A stretch of DNA of 64,000 bases from Gracilinanus agilis (Eukaryota): contig NC_058131.1 of NCBI RefSeq assembly GCF_016433145.1, positions 551,721,117-551,785,116 on the forward strand, given 5' to 3'. Below are positions 35,459 through 45,900 of the stretch, one piece after another. The notes under the pieces were generated by a model. That model was not told the DNA's origin, did not search any database, and saw nothing but the letters and a program-made list of their open reading frames with translations. Both the position numbers and the translations under genes were made by a program. Each line of letters starts with the position of its first letter. The first letter of the stretch is position 1.

Positions 35459-38400
35459 TCAGTAGATCATTCCCTTTGTATCTCCCCTGGGCTTCTTGAT
35501 CTTCTCAAAATTCTTCAGGATGATGTCATATAACACAGCCTAGATGCCCAGTAGGAAGGGAGTTGGGGTTATTGTAAGCCCTCAGCAGAGGCCCTTTAAT
35601 GGATTTTTAATCTAAAGCAGAAATTTATTTTCATTTCTTCACTTTCATTTATCCTGAAACTAATGTTCCTTGCCCTCACATTAACCTTCCCTACTTTTTC
35701 CCTGATCTTCCATCAAGCATATCCCAAGGTTTAGTTCCTTACATAAGTATTTCGGATCTCCATGACCATCAGTCTTGTCTCTCCATATTGTGCTTCATCC
35801 AGTTCATGAACCAGCTGTCGGTAGTCACCCTGTGGAGACTTCAGGATTAGTTCTTCACCCTGGCCTTGTCTAATGCCCATCCTACCCTTCCCAATGTCAG
35901 TTCTGGGGGTTTCTTCTTATTAATGCCTCCCTGCCCACTCTGGACCTACTTCCCCACTCACCACATGTGGCTGCTTTGCTGCTTTAGCCACTGCATCACC
36001 CCTTTCTGAGAAATACCTGGTAGGAGATGAGAAAAGTTAGGTGGGAAAATAATGTTCCTTATGACAGCAGAACAAGGAAGACCTTAAAAAAAATGGCAGC
36101 ACTTAGGATGGAAGTAAAGGGCAGTAAGCATTAGGGCAGAGGCAAGATACACATGTGAGACTAGATCACTTACTTTGAGATCTGGGTGTGGAAGCCATCC
36201 AGCTTAGTTCGGAGTGTAGTCATCAGCTCAAATACCTTCTCCTAGGGAAAAGAAAGGCAGGAAAGTGATGACACAAAGTATGGTTCTAAAACAGGATCAG
36301 AATTGGGTGTCTGGGATAAAGCCAGGGTAAGGGCACCTGAACAGCTACTCCAAAGTTGTTTCCATCCTCAATTCGGGGAACTTGAAGCTGCAGCCACATG
36401 GAGACCTGAGAAAAACAATAAGCATTGACAACTGAACTCTGTTCCCCGGGTCCATTCGTTTTCTAAATTTCCCTTATCATCCCACCCCTATCATCTAAGC
36501 TTCAGGTTATATTTCCTTAATTCCACTTGCCCCAATCCTATCTTCCTTCCTCCACCTCCCCAAACCCTTACCCTTACTGTGTTTTGGTTCCAAGGTAGAA
36601 GAGTGGTAAGAGCTAAGTAATGGGGATTAAGTGACTTGCCCCAGGTCACAGAGCTAGGAAGTGTCTGAAGCCACATTTGAACTCAGGATCTCCCATCTCT
36701 GGGCCTGGCTCTCAATCCACTGACCCACCTAGCTGCCCCACTATCTTCCTTTTTCTACTCTGTTAAAGCACTGTGTTCTGATTGACAGGTACCTTCCCAA
36801 CTGGTAAGGCAAAAGGCAGCTGTTGTGGATAAATTGATTCTCTATTGGATGGCCCTGTTCCAAGTCCTGCTAGAGAACTAGGTGAGGATCGGGGCTCACC
36901 AGGTTAAGCTGTTCCTTGACGTCTTTGATTTCAGGCTTCAACCGTGCCAGAAGGGCCACGATCTTCTCATTGCAGCTTACAGGCCCACAAGGAGGACCTG
37001 TGGAGGATACCATAAATCTAAAACTTGAGTGGATGGAGGCAGTTGGCTCTGGGGAGGATCTCATGGGGATAATGCATTAACTAGAGAACCAGGACTCAAG
37101 ACCTATCCCTCATTACCTTTATCTTCATCTTCTTCTTTTTTCTTTCCATCCTTATCCTTCTGCAGAAGGAGAGGAGCCACATGAAATCAAGCTTAAGATT
37201 TATCCACCACCCTGACACTCAGATATTTCCAACCTACCTCTTCGTCCTTTCCCCCTTACCTCCTCTTCCTTCCGACGTTCTTCCTTCTCTTTTTCTTTAG
37301 CTGGGTCAGGGACTGGGATATCCAGAGGGGCCTTTAAGAGACTGAAATCAGCCTCATTCAGAGATGGGTCCTAGAACATGGCAGGGAGAAAGGGTAGTAG
37401 TAAATGACTTCCCCTTCAATATTCCTCACCCTCCAATCTTTTGTCCAGTGCTCCTTTCCTTGACCTTTACACTGCCTCCTCCCTACCCCTAGTACCTTCA
37501 AGAAGTCATCCAGCTCTGAAATCTTCTTGGGGAAATAGCTTCCGAGCAGGATCTCCGCCTGTGTATGAGGTATGGGGTGGGGACAGATGTTTATTGATTG
37601 ACTGGACAGCAGATCAGGGCAAACATTTAGCAGAAGAAAAGAAGCCAAGTTTGTGTGATTTAAGGTTGGGTAAGAATGTATTGGAACTAGGGTGAAAGCA
37701 GTGTTTGGTAGTGAGGTCTTACCTGAGAGCATAACTCCTTTCGGAACAAATCCACCTGTGGGGACAGAATCCAGTAGTTATTTAAGACTAACAGGCAGAG
37801 ACCTAAGGGAAGACTCACATCTCCTTAGGACAGCGGACTTACATGCCAATGAGGCTATATCCAAAGGTATGGAACAGTTCCCAGTGGGGCTGAGTTCAAA
37901 TGAAATATGGAAACATCCCAGGAGGCTTAGAAGCGGGGGAGGTATAGAACAGACATTTCGTGGGCCTGGGTTCAGGGGCGATGTGGGAACTGATCCCAGT
38001 AGGGCTCCGTCTGTGGGAGGTGTGGAACAGTTTTCAGTAGTATTGGGTGAAATGTGGGAACAGACCCCAGTGGGGCAGGATTCTGAGATCAGGAGAGATA
38101 GGGGTGTGCAGGCTTCCCCTGCTTGTTACATATACGGGTCAGGGGCTCTGACCCATCACCCGCCTGGCTTCCTCTCTCTGCTTCGCCTCACCCCATCAGA
38201 CCAAAGCCATGGCACTGCTCCTTTCCCAATGGCAGAGGTCCAACCCTGAAACACCTGCCTAGTTTTCCATTTATAGGTCCCATCTCCCCTCCACATTCAT
38301 TGGGGGTTGGGGAGCTCTAGACCCTACAAGGCTGCTGGTCCTCACTCCATGCTGAAGATTTGTGGGGAACAGCACTTTGGGCTCTCCAGGCAACTGCTTG

Positions 38401-38607
38401 GGTCTGAAGCCCTTTCAACCCCTTCTGGTGGAGAGACCCAGGAGAGGATGGGGGGAGGGGAGTGGGCGAGGAGAAGCAAAGGGAGGCTGATAGGATAAAT
38501 CTGGAGACCACCGCTCCCTCCACCCAGTTCCCTAGGTTCCCCCCATCCCTCCCCTCTGCCCCGCTCACCTTGGCTTGGGCTTCGGGTTTGACACTGAGGG
38601 TGGCCAT
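35459..38607 (-). CDS. PSME1: Proteasome activator subunit 1 (PA28 alpha), 248 aa
   Basis: 11 exons: 38569-38607 (MATLSVKPEAQAK), 37723-37755, 37496-37558, 37260-37370, 37117-37159 (KEKE motif), 36900-36997, 36337-36405, 36174-36241, 35962-36016, 35743-35829, 35459-35539 (…KKPRGDTKGMIY*). Total 747 nt. Confidence 0.98.
36549..36740 (-). mobile_element. SINE in PSME1 intron 6
   Basis: TSD ctatcttcctt at 36538-36548 and 36741-36751. Confidence 0.85.
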
Positions 38608-38662
38608 AGCAGGGGGGGCTAAGGGGCCAGACCGAGCAGCGAGGCAGGAGTAAGGGGGAAGG

Positions 38663-38674
38663 GAAAGTGAAAGC
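38663..38674. promoter_or_regulatory. IRF-E/ISRE in the PSME1 promoter (GAAAGTGAAAGC)
   Basis: Canonical IRF1/2 site 56 nt upstream of the PSME1 ATG. Confidence 0.75.
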
Positions 38675-39053
38675 GACTTTGCCTGTAGGGACTTCCCAGG
38701 GAGGGGAGGGACTGAGCCGGAGGCGGGGTCAGGAGGTAGTTGGGAGAGGGCTGGGACGCGAAAGGCCGGCCCCGGAGCACCGTCCCAGGAGCCCTACCGC
38801 TACCCCGCTGGCTCCGCGGGTTTCTTTTGTCTGCTCCCAGCCCCTCGGAATCTGCTCAGTCTTTGTCTCCAAAGGCATTTTGGCCCAAAGGGATGAACCC
38901 CATCTTCTTCCAACTGCCCAAGCCACCCTCTACCTTCCTTCCCTTCTCCGCCCAGGGCTTCCTCTCCGCGGCGTCTAGCCCGAGCGAAGGCAGACAGACA
39001 TGAAGGCTCACACACAAAACGTTTCCTAAAGTGCTGTCGCCGGTGCAGGAAGG

Positions 39054-39057
<4 letters not shown>

Positions 39058-39084
<27 letters not shown>
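39058..39084. repeat. (TG)n microsatellite between FITM1 and PSME1
   Basis: Direct read. Confidence 0.9.
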
Positions 39085-39343
39085 ATGCACTTTTGGTAGA
39101 ATTGTTCATGGAGGGTGTTGGGAGTAAGACCCCAGAGGAGACCTGAGGAAGAAGTGTGGGAGGCTGGGGCATCCTCCTTTTTTTGGAGATGCCTTGTAAG
39201 GAAACAGTGCCACACCCCAGACCAACCTCGAATGTAGGAAGCGGCATTCGAGGGTCCCTCCCATCCTGCTCTTCAGCTGAGGCTCCCCCCACTATGCACC
39301 TCAAATAAAGAGAAGAGTCCACACTGACCGGCCTTAATTTGCC

Positions 39344-39349
39344 TTTATT
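39344..39349 (-). terminator. FITM1 poly(A) signal AATAAA
   Basis: Begins 4 nt after the TGA stop. Confidence 0.75.
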
Positions 39350-39353
39350 CCCA

Positions 39354-40681
39354 TCAATCGCGTTTAAGTCTGGATTGGGAGCGCCGGGGGTGGGTAAAGA
39401 GCCCGTGGCCAGGACTCCCTGGCGACCAGGGCTGATGGTACCAGCTACCGTAGGTCAGGTACCAGGCAAAGGTGCCCACAGCAGCCCCCACCACCTTGTG
39501 GGTATATTGGTGGAAGTAGATGACGGTGCAGAGCAGCAGGAAGTTCCAGAGGCCCAGCAGCAGGACATTGAGAAGGAAGACCAGTCGAAGAGGGGCCCCA
39601 GCAGGTAGCCCGTGGGCCAGGTATCGGGCAAAGACTGCGGTTTCCTCAGCCATGAGCAAGCAGCAGAAGGTGAGCAGGAAGGTATGAGAGGAGACCGTGT
39701 AGCCCCTCCACTGGTGGCCAGCTGCCAAGCAGCTGCGGCGGTCAGGCAACTCATGGAGCAGCAGCCCCTGGGGCAGAGGCTCAAAACAGGAGCCCGTCAG
39801 ATCCTCAATGAGCAGAAAAGCACGGCCAGCACCCCGCCATACTGCTGCCCCCACCACCAGCCGGCTTAAGTGCCGAGCTGTCACTGCCACTCGTCGTGTA
39901 GCCAGGAACACTACCAGTAGCACAAAGCCACCCAGGAAAGTGCAGGTCCAGCCCCAGGCAGAATTCACAAACTTGCTGTGGGGACAGAAAAGGTAGGGGG
40001 GCTGTTGTAAGGAATCACTCTTTTCTGGATCCCAGGTACTTTTGGGCTTCTCAGCTTCATCTCCCGGGAGTCCCATTTCTGTTCCCCATGGACCTGGCCA
40101 GCTTCCTCTGCCTTCTGACCCCGTTGCCCCTCTGCCTTCATTCGTATTGCCCTGGGCCAAATCACTGACTTTCCCTATTTCCTATGTTCTCTGTCCTTCC
40201 CGAATCCCCTGAAAGACTTCCGAGTCTCATAGAGCATGTCCTGCCTTCTATCTCCTTCCCTTGTGCCCCATAATCCCCCCCACTTGACCTTCTCTTCCAC
40301 CTCTTGGCCTATTTTTAGTGCTCAGACTGGCAGTAGGACAAGAGCCCCAAAGAGGAGGGAGCTTAGAACCGAGTGGATGGAACTAGCATTAAAGGGCCTG
40401 CCCAGAGAGACTTACATGTTGAAGAAGTTGCCGTGACTGGCGAAAATGGTGCGGGGGTTGACGTGGAACTGCAGCAGGGGTCCAAAGATGACAACCGCAG
40501 CTAACCAGGCGTGGTAAAGGCGCTGGAGGCAGGGGCTCCCCAGCAGCCGGGCAGCCTGCTCGCTTCCGAAGTACAGCAGAGCGGATGCCAGCCAGAGCAG
40601 TACCCTCCACAAGCAGCCCAGCACCACTCGAAGCCGGGCCCCCAGGCCTGTCCCTGCCCCCACCCCTAACCCCCGCTCCAT
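39354..40681 (-). CDS. FITM1: Fat storage-inducing transmembrane protein 1 (FIT1), 295 aa
   Basis: Exon 1 40416-40681 (MERGLGVGAG…GNFFN) and exon 2 39354-39975 (KFVNSAWGWTCTF…SSHTFLL…FLLNV…YFHQY…). Total 888 nt. Confidence 0.98.
40309..40318. promoter_or_regulatory. Canonical MEF2 site CTAAAAATAG in FITM1 intron 1
   Basis: ctatttttag is an exact match to CTA(A/T)4TAG; FITM1 is a muscle/heart-expressed gene. Confidence 0.6.
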
Positions 40682-41294
40682 GTTCCCTCCCCTCTGACTG
40701 CTGGTTCTGCTGGGCAGCTGAGGAGGGGCTCGTAGGGCCCCCTGGCCGAGGACAGACAGTGACAGGTGCTGGAGATACAGGGCAGAGCTAGACTGGCAGC
40801 TGGTGAGGGAGAGGGGCGGGGGGCAGCGAGGGGCTGGGGCTGAGTGCGTCAGCAAGAGCAGGCTGTATGTCCTTCCATAACATGGATGTCCTTGTGTCCC
40901 CAAACTTCTCATTCCAATTTATGGGCCAGTGCCCTATGCCCAACATGCCATTCCACCATGCACTTTTAATAGGAAGGGAGGAGGTGGGGTGGTTGGGTGA
41001 AACATTTCAACTTTTTATGAGAAATTAAAAGAATATATCTAGTCACCTTCCACAAGTAACTTCTGCCAGTTTGTATTTCCCAAAGCAGGTGGAGTAAGGC
41101 AAGTACTCCTGCCCATATACCTTGGACATGAGTGGGTGGCTCTGGGGGTCTACCTTGCTGCAGGGAAGGTGTGGGCCTGGCCTAATCCATTGTCAGGTCT
41201 GGGCTGAAGTCCTTGGAAGTTGGGATGGGGGAGCAGAGTGGTCCTGGGAAACCACTTCAAAATTCAAATTTGTATCTTGTACTAATAATTGGGC

Positions 41295-41510
41295 AACCAA
41301 GTGGCACAGTGGATAGAGTACTGGACTTGCAATGAGAAAGACTTGTCTTCCCAAGTTCAAATGTGGCCCTAGGTAAGTCACTTAACTCTATTTGCTTCAG
41401 TTCATCTGTAAAATGAACTTGGAAGGAAATGGCAAAACACTCTAGTATAATCTTTGCCATGAAAACCCCAGTGGGGTCATGGAGTTGAACATGACTCAAG
41501 TGACTGAACC
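41295..41510 (+). mobile_element. MAR1-type SINE (MIR core with RTE-like tail)
   Basis: gtggcacagtggatagag head; gaaggaaatggcaaaacactctagt…gactgaac tail. Confidence 0.75.
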
Positions 41511-42252
41511 ATGATACTAATACTACTCGGGACAGAACAGACCACTAAAATTGGAGTCCTTGGACATGTTCCCTCTTATATCACTGGCCTGGCCTGGGGG
41601 GGAGGGGGAGGCATGGTTGTTCTATACATTATTTTCTTTTCACTATCTCTTCCTAAATATCTGGTCTAGCTTTGAGCTACATCAGGAGACAACATGGCAT
41701 AACAGAAGACCATTGTTCTGCCCTTAGCTTTGCCATTAACAAATTGCATGACCTTTGGTAAGTAAACTGACCTATTGGACATGAAAGGTTTTCACAAACG
41801 GTGGTTTTGGATTAGCAGGTCTTCTAATGTTCCTCCTAACTCTCAGGTTTTCTAAACCTAACCAAGATGCTTTGCGGGCCATCTGTAAAAGTGGTCATCA
41901 TACTGAACTACTTATTCCCTAGAAGAGAGACCTGATATTAATGTATACCTGGGACCTAAATGTTTTCACACAGGGGTCTAGGTTTACTTCTTTTGCTGGG
42001 GAGAAAGTTTTGGATTCTTGGGTGGATAGCAACTTCATTCCATGCCAATTCCCCATTTTTAGTGGGGAATTATCAGTAAAGCAGATGCCTTATGAGGGGT
42101 ATTTAATAGGTTATTTTCAACCCAAAGGAGCATGTCCTAGTTATTAAGTCCTGCACGATGTGTTATGCATTTCAGCTTGTCATGAAGTTGGAGAAGTTTG
42201 TGCAAAGCCTTAGAGTACAAAAAACCAGACCAAGTCAAATTTTGGAGGAAAA

Positions 42253-42258
42253 TTTATT
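42253..42258 (-). terminator. DCAF11 distal poly(A) signal (a proximal AATAAA lies at 42732-42737)
   Basis: tttatt at both positions downstream of the stop at 42997. Confidence 0.6.
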
Positions 42259-42996
42259 GAGGGGGCTAAAGCAAGTAAAAGCAGGAAGGATTCCTACCTC
42301 AACCTGATTAGTCCCCCTATCCATCTGTCCTGAGGGGACACAAGCTGAAAAGTCAGTTCCACAAGGATTAAGATAGGGGCTTCCTACACTGTAGCACCTC
42401 CTACTCCAAAGACACAACGAGGGAGAGCAGATTCCTAGCCCATATTCCCCCCTTCCCCCCAAGAAGGAATGACATTCTTGTCATCATGAAAAAAGGAGAG
42501 CAGTGATAGGGAGAGTGACCTTCTGAATGGCCTGTCTGGCCTTCAACTTGAAGGTTCATGCTACTGGGCCAGGCAGGGGTAAATCAGACTCCAACTGGTC
42601 AGCCCATTTAGACCTAGCCCAGGAACACTAGTCTACTGACCAACCCTCAGAGTCCAAACATGATTATAAAAAATCAGCGTTCCCTGGCTGGCTAGGACCA
42701 TACCTAAATAACTAGCTGTGGGTGACCTCTCTTTATTTTTCAGAGTTGTCTGGCCTGTCTGCCCTAAGGGTAGGGATAGAGGCTGGGCCACAGCACTGGA
42801 TAAGAGCCTAACCCAGCCTCAGAGGGCAGGATACCCCCACCCAGAGTACAGCTAGGTAGAAAAGCTAGGGTTTCTGCTCCTCACCCTCTAACCCTATCAG
42901 CTCCTCCATACATCTCCCTGAGGAGAGAGATAGAGAGGATAGAGTAGGTGATTCCTCTTGGGGTTGTACAGATCAGTCCGTACTGACAGGAAAGAA

Positions 42997-45900
42997 TTAC
43001 TGGGGAGAGGAATAGGCTGCAAAGGAGTTGTATGGTAGGCAGGTGGCAGTACGACAATCCTCAGAATCCAGTGGGTCACTCCTGAAGTACTCCAGTGGAC
43101 GGTACTGCCATAGGCGCAGGTTTCCATCCCACTATGGGGGCCAAAGAGGGATGGCTGTTAGAGGAGGACTCTTCTGAACCTTAAGCCTAAATCCATGGAT
43201 CACTCCAACCCCGCAGTTCCCATTTCCTTCCACAACCCTGCCAATCTCACCGAGCTGCTGACAATCTTCTGCTCAAATGGATGCCAACTGACGTCCCGTA
43301 CACAGGCCTTGTGGCTGGTCAGCTTCTTCACAATTTGGCCACTGAGGAGGTCATATACTATACAGGAAAGAATAGAGAAAAGGCCTCGGTCCATCCACAT
43401 TTTACTCTATGGCAGAGGTTCTCAAGTTTAGCCTTGTGGCCCCTTTGGCAGTCTGAAGAAGTCTTTGGATCCCATCTCAGAATAACTTTTTAAATGTATA
43501 AAAAAAGACTACACAGAATTATGAGAGATATCAATTCTACTGAAAAGGTTATTTAAGAAAACAAAACTCCTGGGTTAAGAACTCCTGCTTTATGGGAACT
43601 TCTTGCCAGCTTAGCCTCCTTAGCCACTTATTCCAGACTTATTTTCCTAGTGAAGCAAAACCTCTCATAGTATACAAGGGTTCTTTTAAAGTCTCTTTTT
43701 CATTATAACCTTGACTATGCCCTACTCTGAAAAGATGTTCTAATGACAGGATGGGGAATTTCAGACCTTAGCTCAGTTTCACCTGGTCTGCAGTCCAGAA
43801 AATTTAATATGCCTTTAGGAGCAATACCTTAGAAAGCTATAAGCTAGAGATGTTCCTGGATATCAATGTATCTCCTTTTGTGTGTCTGTATGTGTCCCAT
43901 CCTCCTGTCCCCACCAGGTTTTTCTATGAATGTATCTGTGTTTCACTTTCAGTATTTATCTTTGTCTTTCTGTGTATTATATATGGATCTCTTTGTCTCA
44001 CTCTGACTCACTCTACTCATCTGTATCTTTTCTTTCCATAAACTAGGGAAAAGTACACATTTCATTTCCTTCTTTCCCTCCATCTTCTATCTATATGCTT
44101 TAGCCAAAATATGGAACTGAAGAACACTTTTCATTATTTCTTGTCTTATAGGATCTGTTTTTAATGAGAAAATTAGCTTGGTGGAATATTTTATAGGTTT
44201 CTCTTAATCTCCCACTTTCTGCCCCCCCTTCCCCCCAACAGATTACTTCTTATGTACTTCAAATTTTTCTTTCTCTTCTGACTTGGCTTTCAGTGGAGAA
44301 ATGGTCTCCCACCTTATGGTGACCATTTGTTTTTGGAGTGATACTTACTGACCACCTTGCCAGTAGAGCAGCCACTGTAGATATATCGTTGGCCAGTGCT
44401 GTGGGCAGGGGAGAATCGGCAGCGGATAAGGGTGTGGAGTACACCATGACCTCGGTATGTCATCACGGAGCTATCCCCAGGGAGCTTCAGTTTCTGCCAG
44501 GCTATATGGAGACAAGGGGAAGGGGAAAGATGGCACACACTCTGTTAATGGGCTCTTCTAGGGTGTAACAATGCTCCTGCATGACTTAGAAAGTTCCTGG
44601 TAGCAAATATGGAACAGAATAATGGAGTCACCAAACTGAGTACTATCTTTGACCTAACTATATCACCACTAGGCAAAGCTGTTAAAAGACAGAAGAAAAG
44701 GACACATATATGCAAAAGTATTTCTAGCAGCACTATAATAATAAAGAACTGGGAGCAAAATGAGTGAACTGAAACATCTGAAAAAAATGTGGTGGGGCAG
44801 CTGGGTAGCTCAGTGGAGTGAGAGTCAGGCCTAGAGACAGGAGGTCCTAGGTTCAAACCCGGCCTCAGCCACTTCCCAGCTGTGTGACCCTGGGCAAGTC
44901 ACTTGACCCCCATTGCCCACCCTTACCAATCTTCCACCTATGAGACAATACACCAAAGTACAAGGGTTTAAAAAAAAAATGTGGTATATGAACATAATGG
45001 AAAACTATTGTGCTGTAAAAAAATATGTATATCAGGAATCCAGAGAAAATTGGGGAAACTTGTATGGCTTGATGAAAAGTATAACTAGAAAAACAATTTA
45101 TACCTTGAAGTAAACAATACTAAGGAAAATACTGAGTCACATTCTTTCCCTTTTTGATGAAAAAAGATCAGAACTCTGATCAAATAGGGTCACCAATCTT
45201 GATTTCAAGAGGACTAATAATGATATATGCATATTTCTTGGCAGAGATGTGGTATTTATGGGTAAGGAATCAGGCATATATATTGCCAAATATGGACAAT
45301 GCATTGGTTTGATTTGCTTAATTGTGCTTTTCTGTTAAAATGGTTTGGCCTTAGGGAACAAAAATAATGACTGTCATTGGGAAGTGACAGCAATGTAAAG
45401 AAAGCATCAATAAAATCTTAAAAAAAAAAAAAAAAAAAGAGGAAAGATCAACTCTGACCTTTCTTAGGCACCTGCTGCCAGCGATAGTCCCAGTATTCTT
45501 GAATGGCTGCATGTCGTGAGGCCTCCATGCCTTCCCGGCCTGAGAAGCGCCGGATATCCCAGAGCTTTATGGTCTGGTCTTTGGAGTTGGTGATGAGGTA
45601 CCGGGCATCACCCTGTGAACGAACCCAGGGTCACAAATTGAAACGCAATTCAAGGTAGAAGAACACAAAATTATATGAGGTCTTTCTTAAGAGTAATGCC
45701 AACTGTTAATCCTAGTCTTGGGTCCTGCCTTATTTTTCTGGTTGATTGGCAAGAGCTAGATCCCTCTGAGACTCTGTAACCTGTTTATGAGTCATGTTCA
45801 TTTCCTGGTGTTTGCCTCAGACCCTTCCTCATGGCCAGGGATTTCTACTTTCTCAGGCATTGGTCAAGTTAAGCTACAGATTGTGGCTTAGGACCAGATC

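Noticed and set aside
15083-38607. Matching exon phases of PSME1 and PSME2
   Set aside because: Known ancient paralogy; not novel.
40805-40840. G-quadruplex-capable runs (also near 4925-4960 and 5560-5590)
   Set aside because: Common in GC-rich promoters; nothing specific supports a function.
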